Assembly (NCBI RefSeq): GCF_001194135.2
Contig: NC_068982.1
Span: 157,586,027-157,618,724 of the forward strand
Length of the DNA stretch: 32,698 bases
DNA from: Octopus bimaculoides
Taxonomy: Eukaryota
Direction: 5' to 3'
Below, piece after piece: positions 19,332 through 31,472 of the stretch. A program made the translations under genes and the position numbers. The notes beneath the pieces were generated by a model. That model did no database searches, was not told the origin of the DNA, and saw nothing but the letters and a program-made list of their open reading frames with translations. The number at the start of each line of letters is the position of its first letter. Position 1 is the first letter of the stretch.

Positions 19332-20418
19332 GTATTCTCTCTCTCTATATATATATATATTTATATATAATTGTATATATATGTATGTGTGTGTGTTTCT
19401 AAACGTGTATGTATGTGTGCTAATGTGTGTTGTTTGTATGTATTAGCATAAAATGCATAATAAATGCATTGGTATATTATGCATTGGTGATCTATGTGTG
19501 CGGACACGCAGGAACACCCGCGCGCATACGCATACACGCACGGATGCAACCGCAAACATGCACACACATACATACACGCACGTATATTATACACACGTAT
19601 AACAACAGTTGCAAATTGTTCTTTGAAAAATATTTCTAGATGTAATCTCTTCTTTTCACACTTGTATAAGAACCCTCCAACTCCCTCCCACGCTCCCTCT
19701 TTCATTCCTCTCTCACCCGCTCTCTCTCTCTCTCTTTTACACACACACACACACACATACACACACACACACACACACGTTCACAGAAAACAGAAAGATA
19801 AACATACAAAAATACCATAACAAAATTATTTTGAATACCACCAACCCTAAGAATTGAAGAGCTTGTTTTTGAATCATCGATCACAAAGGACGGAAATGGG
19901 GTATAATAAAGCTGATTGGTTATCTATTGATATGAGCAGCGGTCCAGATTGACTATATTGTGCCTGCTATTCTAACAGATAAAAAGCAATTGATTTCTCG
20001 TGGCTCTCAAATGTTGGCGACCATTGCCGGAAGTCGAAGGAAATAGATGTTCCGGTATACATTTTCTTTTTTCTCTTATTGTTTATTGACAGCGTATCAT
20101 CAGCATCATTATAACATTCACAACACCTACAAACACTATACAACACAACCAACACCAAAGCCAAAACTGCCACCAACAACCAGATCCTCATTATCAACGT
20201 CGTCATCGTCGTCGTCATCTCTTGTCAGTGCTTTTGCTATCGGTATTGTACTTCGCCTTCGTGTTATATCTTCATTAACACATCACAGCAGTTATTAATC
20301 ATTGCTTTAGTTGCTATATTCTTTATCACCGTTATTATTGTTATTGCTCATCATCATCATCTTAAACATGATCATCATGTTCGATAACAACAATAACAAC
20401 ATTGTTATTGTTAATATG

Positions 20419-20463
<45 letters not shown>
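20419..20463. repeat. (ATT)n microsatellite
   Basis: Direct tandem repeat. Confidence 0.95.
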
Positions 20464-20585
20464 GAATTATATTTTGCATCACATATATTGATAACAATAC
20501 CGAGACCTTCATACAGCTCCAAGCCTTCTGATTTCGGCAAGCAATGTTCGCGAAATCAAGTGAAATTCAGACAGAGAACGCGGCT

Positions 20586-20586
<1 letters not shown>

Positions 20587-20656
<70 letters not shown>
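20587..20656. repeat. (CA)n microsatellite
   Basis: Pure dinucleotide run. Confidence 0.97.
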
Positions 20657-20658
<2 letters not shown>

Positions 20659-20997
20659 TACATACGTATATATGTTTGTATGTATGCATTAACGTATGTA
20701 TATGTGCAGACATACATAGAGAAGAAAGACAAAGAAGCATAATGGAAAAGTTAGTCATACACAATAAAGAAGAATGGAAGAAAGCGAAAAGAAATGAAGA
20801 TACAAAGAGATATTTAATTGTATGGCCTTCCCAGAAACATTTGTCAGTTTCGTTTCAATAAAACATTGTACAGTTATACACCGCACAGATGCTCATACTT
20901 TAGTTTAAATTATCAATTATACTTCCACCCATACACACATACATAAATATATACATACGTAAAACTATTCATATATATAGATATATATGGTTGCATA

Positions 20998-21038
<41 letters not shown>

Positions 21039-22066
21039 GCATATATATATACATATATATATATGACTGACTGTATATATATATATATATATANNNNNNN
21101 NNNNNNNNNNNNNNNNNNNNNNNNNNNNNNNNNNNNNNNNNNNNNNNNNNNNNNNNNNNNNNNNNNNNNNNNNNNNNNNNNNNNNNNNNNNNNNNNNNNN
21201 NNNNNNNNNNNNNNNNNNNNNNNNNNNNNNNNNNNNNNNNNNNNNNNNNNNNNNNNNNNNNNNNNNNNNNNNNNNNNNNNNNNNNNNNNNNNNNNNNNNN
21301 NNNNNNNNNNNNNNNNNNNNNNNNNNNNNNNNNNNNNNNNNNNNNNNNNNNNNNNNNNNNNNNNNNNNNNNNNNNNNNNNNNNNNNNNNNNNNNNNNNNN
21401 NNNNNNNNNNNNNNNNNNNNNNNNNNNNNNNNNNNNNNNNNNNNNNNNNNNNNNNNNNNNNNNNNNNNNNNNNNNNNNNNNNNNNNNNNNNNNNNNNNNN
21501 NNNNNNNNNNNNNNNNNNNNNNNNNNNNNNNNNNNNNNNNNNNNNNNNNNNNNNNNNNNNNNNNNNNNNNNNNNNNNNNNNNNNNNNNNNNNNNNNNNNN
21601 NNNNNNNNNNNNNNNNNNNNNNNNNNNNNNNNNNNNNNNNNNNNNNNNNNNNNNNNNNNNNNNNNNNNNNNNNNNNNNNNNNNNNNNNNNNNNNNNNNNN
21701 NNNNNNNNNNNNNNNNNNNNNNNNNNNNNNNNNNNNNNNNNNNNNNNNNNNNNNNNNNNNNNNNNNNNNNNNNNNNNNNNNNNNNNNNNNNNNNNNNNNN
21801 NNNNNNNNNNNNNNNNNNNNNNNNNNNNNNNNNNNNNNNNNNNNNNNNNNNNNNNNNNNNNNNNNNNNNNNNNNNNNNNNNNNNNNNNNNNNNNNNNNNN
21901 NNNNNNNNNNNNNNNNNNNNNNNNNNNNNNNNNNNNNNNNNNNNNNNNNNNNNNNGTATCTGTCAATGAAAGTATTTCATTTTCCTTTTTCTTCTCTCTC
22001 TCATGTTATTTCTCTCAACATCTCTCTCTTAATATGTATAGCCATGCCTTTATATACGCATATCTA

Positions 22067-22139
<73 letters not shown>

Positions 22140-22142
22140 GTC

Positions 22143-22172
<30 letters not shown>
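22067..22172. repeat. (TATC)n plus (GT)n microsatellite
   Basis: Direct tandem repeats. Confidence 0.95.
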
Positions 22173-22173
<1 letters not shown>

Positions 22174-23103
22174 ATGTATATGTATATTCATATATATAGA
22201 CATCCACACATCCGTATATATATATTCATATATATATACGGATGTGTGTGTGCGTGTATATATACGAATATGTGGCTACATACATACACACACACATATA
22301 TGTATATCTGTATATTTAATTTCATCTTTGATTCATGAATGCATTATAACTTAGTTTCCTTTATTCCTTTATTGTTCGATACCATGCACAAATACACATG
22401 CATGTACACACATACATTATGTATTTATATTGAATACATATATATATATATATATACATAAATATTTATAAATATATACATGCATGTGTGTGTTGTCGTA
22501 TCACATCGTATTGTATTGGGAACAAAGTGTTGAGAATTGAATAGATATTGTAAGGTTAACATATTTATCTATTTAGACATTTAAGTTGAACTTCTATTTC
22601 AATGTATTCATTATACATACAATATAATATTATAGACAGGAAAGACGTGGCTACCTAGATAGTGTGAGAGACTGAGAGACATATGGGGCATAAGGCCGAG
22701 AAAGACAGAGATAGTTGAAAGCGAGGAAGAAATGGAAATGTGCAAGAAATTTCATGAGAAAGAATATCATCTGATAAAAAATAAATAAAAATCGAATATT
22801 GAAATAAATTACCGTGTTCCCCGTATGGTTGTATTATAGTGAAAGAATTTCCATTTGACATTCATAAAATTTTTTGAAGTCATCTTCAGGAGAATTGATA
22901 GATAAGAATTGCATAGACACTATTATAATGTTGTCGTTGTTGTTTCGGTGTTTTTGGTGCTGAATATTAATGCTGCTGCTGCTACTGTTGTCTTTGTTGT
23001 TATTTTTGTACCTTTGCTTCAGGTCAACTCTGATTGAAAATCGTGAAAACCTATGATAAAAATGTTTACTCAGAAACTTCTGGTCTTTTTGTTTTTCTCT
23101 CAG

Positions 23104-23124
23104 ATATCTTATATCAAGCGCCAC
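23104..23124 (+). other. Candidate 21-nt microexon
   Basis: ttctggtctttttgtttttctctcag|ATATCTTATATCAAGCGCCAC|gttagt; 7 codons, open in all phases. Motif evidence only. Confidence 0.2.
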
Positions 23125-23955
23125 GTTAGTCTATCTGTGAATCATTATTGTTTGTATTTAGTCTTCGGTCAGCCTTAATCGAGTATTTCTAGACAATATA
23201 GTATTCCATCCATAACCATCTCTTTTTATGTATAATTATTGTTTAATGTGTTCGAAGACAATAACAATATAATTGGAATTTCTGCTGCTATTTTTAGCAT
23301 GTCCGATAATTTCGACTGGTTTCCCTCATAACCTTGATAATCTCGTCCGTTTTTAAAATGGTGGGTCATTATTCGAAGAGTACTGAATGCTCATCTAGTT
23401 CGCTCAAGACAAGTATAATCGTCACATAAAGGGAAAATATATGTAGGCGTTCAGGTTTAGTCTGGACCTGACTGATATTTTGCTAAATTGTCCAGTGTAT
23501 AAATTCCAAGAATTTGACTAAGTAAAAGACGTATATGTATACTGGTAGGTTTTTTAAGTCCTGAAAAGCCAATAACGCGTAAGTTCATGGTCTAGGTAGA
23601 AGTTATGAACTTTACTCCTATTTCTGTCTTATTTTCATGGAATTTGGCTCTAGTTTATGAAGAAATTTGATAGCCGTTTCAATGGAATTTTGTGAGTTAT
23701 CTCCCTGTTATCTCCAGTATGTCATACGAAAACCCAACGGTTTGCTTTTAGTTCGTTGTATGATTGTTGTTTTATTGAAAGTGAATGAAAGGGAAAAAGA
23801 CAAACCCAGTCGGGTTGGACGAATACTGCAAGGCTATTAGGAGTCTTTGATTAGCGTCTACTCTGCCTGAAGACAGGAAAATGTGAGCTATCAGCAACAA
23901 TGTGTTTTTAGTCGAGAAAATACTAGAAATACTGCCAGAACAAAAATTTAACTAA

Positions 23956-24391
23956 CTTTTATCTTTTACTTGTTCCATTCATTTCACTGCAGCCATGTTG
24001 GGACACCCACTCAAAATGTTTTAGTCGAAAGAATTGCTCCTGTACTTATTTTTTTAAAGTCTGGAACTTATCTTATTGGGTCTTGTTGCCAAACTGTTAA
24101 GCGCCCGGAACATAAAGCGATGGAAGGAGATGACGCAAATGTAAACACATAGACATAAACACAAACATACATTTGTATGTATGCATGCATGTACGCACGG
24201 ACGTATGTGTGTATGACGAACTTCTTTCACTTTTCGTCTAACCAAATCCACTCACAAGGCTTTGGTCGGCCCGATGCTATAGTTGAACATGCTTGCCCAA
24301 GGTTTCATACGGTAGCACTAAACCCGAAAAAGTCTGCTTTTCAAAAGTAGTTTGAAAAGCAGACTACTTACCATACAGCCACACCTGCGCC
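23956..24391 (-). mobile_element. Family-B SINE, near full length
   Basis: Reverse complement starts ggcgcaggtgtggctgtatggtaag (A-box-like); CORE-like accttgggcaagc (reverse complement of 24291-24303); gaccaaagccttgtgagtggatttggt; internal microsatellite; tail caacatggctgcagtgaaatgaatggaacaagtaaaagataaaag. Confidence 0.9.
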
Positions 24392-24994
24392 TATCTATAC
24401 CATCAAGAAATATATTTCTAAAATATTAATTTCTGCTGAATGAACGAAAAAAGGAGATCGAAAGCTTCTATAAATGAACTAAGCAATCATCATATTTGAC
24501 TTTAAAATCATCTCCCGTCATTTTATAAAGATGACAGAGCAATGGTTTTCGATTGAATGACTAGAACATGACACTAATAAGTGATGGGACTTATATCTCT
24601 CTGGTATGGCTCTCACCGATATAATAATCGAATATGAATATGAAAAGGAAAAGCGAGTTACACCAATATTCGAACTCCGGGTAGGATGCTACTAAATAAG
24701 ATACTGTATAGTTACAATTATATCGGTTCTCTACCATGCAAATCAACGACGTCTATACTAATAATATCGCTAATTATATCATCTAAATTATTATATCAAT
24801 TGAAATTACACCTCTGAGTCAATCTAATCCAGTATAACGTGGGAGTTGATAACGCTGCTTGAAGATGATATATTTAGATAATATTAGATGTTTAAAATGC
24901 GTAAGGCGAAACATCTAAATTGAAGAAAGATTTGATCAAGAACGTCATATTACTTACCTGCAAAAACTAATGATACAGTCATTCTAAATTCTCT

Positions 24995-25217
24995 ATTCTT
25001 TTTGTAATCTAGAACAAATTTTTATATTCGTAGATAATATATATATATATGCACACATTGATATGTATGTATGTGTGTATGTATGTATGTATGTATGTAT
25101 GTATGTGGGTATACATACACAGTTATATATACACACATATATATCTGTATGTGTGTATATATATTCATAAATATATATACGCATACATTAAAATACATAT
25201 ATGCTTACACACACACA

Positions 25218-25283
<66 letters not shown>

Positions 25284-25470
25284 CATACATTTACATATAC
25301 AATATATATCATATATATGATATGTATATATATAAATATATATATGCATAAATATTATATGTTTGTATATATATCGACATACATATACACATATGCATAT
25401 ATATACATGTATATATATGCATATATATACATTCATACACACACAGACATACACACATGCATTAAGTCCT
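24995..25470. repeat. Mixed (AT)/(ATGT)/(CA) microsatellite field
   Basis: Direct tandem repeats. Confidence 0.9.
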
Positions 25471-26775
25471 GAGAAGATTTAATCAATGAGAAATAGATTA
25501 CACGCTGTAGTCAATGTCTGATTCAGTAATATACTTTATGTTTTACAATTTTCTCGAAATTACATTTTCAATCAGCTAATTTTAATCTCACTTCTTCAAA
25601 TCTAAAAATCTCACCTATGAGGGTTTGCTACATAGTTTGTTAAATCAAGATTTTGATGTGATTGAAATTTCAATCATTCTTATAACTAATGAGAGAATGC
25701 ATGGATTTGTTTAACAAAATATCTGCAGAAAAATAATGATACGAAATATTGTTTATTAGAGACGAGTTTTGATGTGAATGCTTTTGTTATTGGACAACAG
25801 CTGTCATAGTCAGAACCGCCTGGTTTTTGATGATGGCCAATTAAATGTCGAGAAGTGGGAATAGAATATAGATTTTTCACTTCCCACGTATGTTTTATAT
25901 TTTGTTCCATAAAATCTCTTATTTTGATTAAGCAAGCACGATGTTCTCTTTTTTCTGCAGGAAAGAGGAAACAGAAATCCTTATTGGCTACGTTTTCAAC
26001 AAATTCCGTCGCCATTAATGGTGTTTAATTATAGGCAATTCAACCGGTATTGTTTTCAGCCCAAATATATTTAAAATTATATGATCCAATTTCTTATTGT
26101 TTTGAAGAGCAGGATGTCATTTGTGGGATATTTTACTGTTATTTCAAGCTTGTAGACTGTTGTGTTGACGCCCCCAAGCGAAGAAGTAGGATCGCCAAAG
26201 ACATATAGATAGAGGTAGTTTGACCGTGGTAGAGTGTTAAGTGACGTTTGAGTAGCCGTCGTGTAGCGGTTGAGTAGAGATCATCCGAAGGTTCTAGATA
26301 GCAGTAGCTTGTGACATAACATAGACAGACTGTGGAAGCTATCACATTTGTCCGAACTAAAGTGAAATTATTCAAACTAGTGAAGTAGTAGTTCTTTTTT
26401 CATAGCATTTATTTGCTAAGGCAATGTTCTAACTCCAAACGATATCTCAAATAATCTACAACTAGTATCGCCTGCTCTTCACCTGGATCTGAGCAATGTA
26501 GCCGATACTGAGGGGATAAAAGAATAGAAGAATTCTGCTAGTTTATCAATCCAGCAATCACGAATTTATTCAAACTTAGAGCAGAATGAGCCGGTACAAT
26601 TAGTGTAAGATGTGTACTGCAAATACCCCTGAATATTCTGCTAATCGACTGACTACACAGCAAACCTCTTTTCGTATATTTATTATTATTGACTTATACA
26701 TTGAGAACTGGAATGTCATGTGAACACTAGACCTAAGGTTACGAATTCGTAAAACTAGAAAATGTTAGTCATAAA

Positions 26776-26986
26776 AATGGTTTGAAATTTGGTACAGGGT
26801 CAGAAATTTCGCGGGCGGGGTAAGTCGATTACATCGACCACAGAGATCAACTTCTACTTATTTAATCTAATCTGAAAGGATGAGAAGCAAGGTCATCCTC
26901 GGTTGAATTTGAACTTAGAGAGTAAAGGCAATGAAATGCCATTCAGCATTTCATGCGGCTTGCTAATGATCCTACCAGCTCACCTT
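26776..26986 (-). mobile_element. Family-A SINE, full length
   Basis: Reverse complement: aaggtgagctggtaggatcattagc...ctctaagttcaaattcaaccgaggatgacc...tggtcgatgtaatcgacttacccc...gtaccaaatttcaaaccatt. Confidence 0.85.
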
Positions 26987-26997
26987 ATGTTAGCTGT

Positions 26998-27170
26998 AAT
27001 AATGGTTTCACATTTTGACACAAGGCTTGCAATTTCGAGTGAGGGGTTTAAGTTGGTGTACCGACGCCACTGCTCAAACAGTACTTATTCTATCGACCCC
27101 GAAAAGATAAAATGCGAAGTTGACTTCGGCAGAATTTGAACTTAGAACGGCCGAAATGCAGCCAAGCATA
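26998..27170 (-). mobile_element. Family-A SINE lacking the head, in tandem with the previous copy
   Basis: Reverse complement: gttctaagttcaaattctgccgaagtcaacttcgc...ggggtcgatagaataagtactgtttgagcag...ttgtgtcaaaatgtgaaaccattatt. Confidence 0.8.
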
Positions 27171-27844
27171 CACGCACACACATACACACATATACATAGG
27201 GAGAGAGGGGGAGAGGGGATACAGCGCGGTGGGGAGTTAGGGAGACAAACTAATTGAAAGACAGTGATATATGTAGTGTATGACAGATAGACAGAGAGAA
27301 AGACAGACATACAGCCAGACAGACAGATAGATAGACAAATAGATAGATAGATACATAGGAATGAAAAACAAAAAACAACAAAAAACTCAGACAAGAAAGT
27401 TTTCAGAAAACATTCTGAGATTATTTGCACGTTTCGTCATGCTATTCTGTCAGTCACGTAACTAAAGACGATTTACTAGTTGTCAAAGCAGGACCTTTTT
27501 GGCAGATATTCGCACCACTTTGCAAAATTTAGCAATATTATATGACATTGCAAAGAAATAGAGAAGTGAAATTGTAATTTTTTTCTGTATTTTCCAACTT
27601 TTTGATATTTCCAAATATGTATTGGGCTAGATTCCCTTTTTGATATTTATATATTTAAATTAACGCTTCTTCAAAATATTATTATGTGTCTAGCATACGA
27701 TAATAGTATTGTATTTATTTAATGTTTTATTAAGTAGAGCCGCTTAGAAAATGTATTTCTGCTCGTTCTAATCAGACGTTGTAAGTGAAATTAATGCACG
27801 CCAATCGTGTTTCTTAGCTATTCGTAAATTGACTCGTTGTTTAC

Positions 27845-28056
27845 AGCGGCGAGCTGGCAGAATCGTTAGCACGTCGTGCAAATTGCTTTGCGATAATTCC
27901 ACTGTCTTTATGTTCTGAGTTCAAATTCCATCGCAGTCGACTTTGTCTTTCATCCTTTCGAGTTCCATAAAATAGGTACCAGTTGAGCACTGCGATCGAT
28001 GTAATCGACTATCTTCTACCCAGAAATAGTTGAGCTTGTACCAAAATTTGAAACTA
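27845..28056 (+). mobile_element. Family-A SINE, best-preserved copy in the window
   Basis: gcggcgagctggcagaatcgttagc (A-box-like); gagttcaaattcc (B-box-like, 27917-27929); gtcgactttgtctttcatcc; gtaccagttgagcactg; gatgtaatcgact; gtaccaaaatttgaaac. Confidence 0.9.
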
Positions 28057-29460
28057 CATCTATAGAGATTAAACTGTATACAATCTATGTAAATATACCA
28101 AAAGTTTGGTAACTTTACTGATACAAACGCACACTAAAATGGAAGCATATGTACATGTATGTTAGTAAGGGCACAGGTGGTGGTAGTGGAGGGGAACGCA
28201 TACACACACATACACACATATATGTATGTATGTATGTATGTACGGATGTATGTATATATGTATGCATATTAACTAATCAAGTATAGGTGTAAAATAATAA
28301 AGACAATTGTAATGTGTCTGTATATATTCGGTCAGATAACATACATTACTCATTATAGCAACACAAGTGAGATATGACCTAAGAAAGTAAGAGCATGCAC
28401 AAAGAGAAACACACACATGTAGCCACATCTTGTGCGCGCGCACACACATTCACACAAGGACACACACACACACAAACCGTGAATATGATTGCAACTGTGG
28501 CTGCAGTTAATATTTCTACAGAGTATAAAATAATCTGTGACTGTTATTTACATGTACCAAAATTTAAGATTAATTTGCTTCCCACTCTCTGTCCCTCTTT
28601 TAGTTTCTCACTCTCAACAAAACTATGAGTAAAGCAAAAATACGGCGTTCTTGATAAATAATTTCATCGTATATATTCCTTTTCTTTTTCACTTCTAATG
28701 TATTCTCTCTTCACCCTCTCTCCTTCCACAATGAAATAATATAGTATAATTAGTAAAGTATTACCTCATACTGAAGAGATGCAGCTAAATAAAAACAGCA
28801 GCTGTATACGAATTATTAACGCTCTGTAGTTGAAACGAAGAGGAAATAGGAAAAAGAATTAAATGAATACATAAAGTTTATATGATATACTTCATTCCAC
28901 TAAACTCAAAATTCCTTCACTTCTACAACACGCGTGCACACATGCACATACACATACAGATACACACACATACACATGCACACACACACATACACACGCA
29001 CACACATGAATTAAAAGATATTGACTTCTTGCAATTCCCTTCTCTCCTTTGGAATTGAAACGAACCAGCAATTTACAATGAAATAAATATTGTGAATAAA
29101 ATGTACGATGAGTTATAAATATTTCAAAGATATGTAAGACTGATAGACAATAATGGGGTTGAGTGACATGTGCCTTTAAGATGACTGAGACTGTTCCAAA
29201 GATAATATGTTTCGTAATGTAAAATGGGATAAATAGTTTGTAGACGGTGTCCAAAGTAATAAATTGAATTTAGTAGACAGTACGTATGGTTTGAATTGTT
29301 TTAGAAGAGAGAATTGCTGCGGCAAATGTTACTAGTGGGAAGACATTATGATACGTTGATACATGTGCATCCTTGAACACATGCGTATGTACACACTGTG
29401 CACACATACACAATTATATATACACATATGTACATACATGCAGACGCAAATATACACACA

Positions 29461-29491
<31 letters not shown>

Positions 29492-29826
29492 TGCCGGAAG
29501 GATACTACATATTTTTGTCAAAGTATTTTTTTTTGTCATTGCTTTTTCTCGTTTATGTAACAAGTAATTTTTATCAATATCGAAACACACTAACTCATCC
29601 ATGGCTTGGCAACACGCAACAACATCGTGAATATCAATACAGTTACTCCCCCTATGAACAAAGCGCACTGACACCATGTGGTCACGGAAAGCACAATGAT
29701 ATTATCAAGTAATTTTATTAACGCAATTAAGTAATCAAGAAAGTATATTTACTTAGCTCCAGACGAAAAGGTATTCAAGTCGTGGTTATTCTATCCTTTA
29801 AATATTACATAAAAATATATCTAATA

Positions 29827-30039
29827 ACAATTTCAAATTTTGTCATAAGGTAGCAGTTTCGGGGACGGGGGTAAGCCGATTGTATCAACCTCAGTACTCA
29901 ACTGGTACTTGTGTCCCCGAGATGATATCATTGATAAGCTAAGTCAACTTCGATGGAGTTTGAAGTCAGAAGCCAAACGGATGAAACGCCGCTAAGCATT
30001 TTGCCCGTCGTGTTAATGGTTCTGCCACCACGCCGCCTT
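29827..30039 (-). mobile_element. Family-A SINE, full length
   Basis: Reverse complement: aaggcggcgtggtggcagaaccattaacacgacgggcaaaatgcttagcggcg...gtaccagttgagtactgagg...gacaaaatttgaaattg. Partial TSD atatctaata at 29817-29826 and 30047-30056. Confidence 0.85.
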
Positions 30040-30069
30040 CAGTATGATATCTAATATTACATTAACTTA

Positions 30070-30280
30070 ATGCAACGAGCTGGCAGAATCGTTAGGACGC
30101 CGGGCCAAATGGTTTGCTACACTTCGTATGTCATTACATCCTGAGTTCAAAATCTACTAAGGTTGACTTCGCCTTTCACCCTATTGCAGTCGATAAAATA
30201 AGCACCTGTTGAATACTGGGGTCAATGTAATCGACTTACTCCACCCCAAAATTGCTGGCCTCGTGCCAAGATTTAAAATC
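30070..30280 (+). mobile_element. Family-A SINE, full length, with 17-bp TSD
   Basis: gagctggcagaatcgttaggacgccgggc head; tail gccaagatttaaaatc; TSD aatattacattaactta (30053-30069) / aatattatattaactta (30281-30297), 16/17 identical. Confidence 0.9.
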
Positions 30281-30589
30281 AATATTATATTAACTTACAT
30301 GACTGACTATAAAGTGGTCTGAGTGCCATTAGACTGGTATGTCTAAAATTCTGAAAGACCTCATAGAGAAGCAAGAGATGTTGAGTAAACAGTTATAAGA
30401 GTTGGCAAAACGGGTTTGTTGTACTTATAATAGCTACAATTAACCAATTAAACAATCTTTATGAGAAACAACAATATAATGAATATGTTCTACATGGGAA
30501 CGGAATTGTATGGATAAAATCTTTATTGTGGAAAAAAGAGAAATAGAAAAAGTTAGAAATCTTTCTCAGTCAAAATGTTACGCTGGTTT

Positions 30590-30880
30590 AACACGGTTGT
30601 GGTTTCCTGCATTGTATTTGTCACGGCCAAACAAACACACACACACGTGCGAACACACAACTGCACACACACACACACACATACACATACACACACACAC
30701 ACACTCACACATACAAACACATATGAAATACACCATAGACTTCCACACAGTTACTGTTTACCAAATTCACTCACAAAACATTTATCAGGCTATGGCTACA
30801 ATAGAAGATACTAGCCCGACATAGCGTGCAATGATTCTCAACCTTAAACTGAGTGGTTGCGAAGCGAACTCTTAAACCAT
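30590..30880 (-). mobile_element. Diverged family-B SINE (head, CORE-like segment and microsatellite)
   Basis: + strand ccaaattcactcacaaaac...ggctacaatagaagatactagccc...gtggttgcgaagcgaactctt is collinear with 24242-24375. Confidence 0.65.
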
Positions 30881-31426
30881 ATACATGCATATTATATTAG
30901 CCATAAATATTCGCACATACGTATACGTATGTCAAGAGACAAATACGTATACATACATTTGCATAAACGTGTATGTACGAGTCAGTGTATATGCATATAC
31001 ACTGGCTTCCAGGAATAGACAGGCGCAGCATACGATGTACATATGCACATACAACAACCAACACATCTATAGAAAACCAGCGAAACTATACAGAAATAAA
31101 TTGCATTATTTACCTTATAAAATTGCAGTTGTTTAAGCCATTAAAGTATAGTCTTTCATGTATTTTGAAAGCGTAACTTGCTAAAATAGTTAAAAGTTTG
31201 GTATTACTTGCATATAACTTGTTTATAGCTAACTTTTCTCAAACGCCCGTCAGAAGGTATCAAATAATATTTCGTAAAGTATTCCTAAATCGATTGTGAC
31301 GAAGTGCGTGTATACACACACAACACACATACGCATCGGCACAAACACACACATACACACATGTAAGTGCATATGTCTGTACTAGTACATGTGTGTCTAT
31401 ATGTATATATACATATATGTGCATGC

Positions 31427-31472
<46 letters not shown>

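Noticed and set aside
23424-23710. Possible TIR pair aagggaaaatat / gttatctccctgtt
   Set aside because: Short, low-identity match in AT-rich DNA with no TSD.
23950-24152. Very strong-looking acceptor (ctaac...ttcactgcag| at 23992) followed by ORF HVGTPTQNVLVERIAP...
   Set aside because: It lies in the reverse-complemented tail of the family-B SINE, so the pyrimidine tract is the SINE tail. Exonisation is possible but unsupported.
27845-27930. A-box/B-box motifs suggesting a tRNA gene
   Set aside because: No cloverleaf or anticodon arm, and the sequence continues into the SINE body; these are tRNA-derived SINE heads.
29581-29712. Peptide ...TLTHPWLGNTQQ... resembling a kinase C-terminal HPW motif
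   Set aside because: No upstream kinase subdomain sequence, only a weak AAG acceptor, and the ORF starts in a microsatellite.
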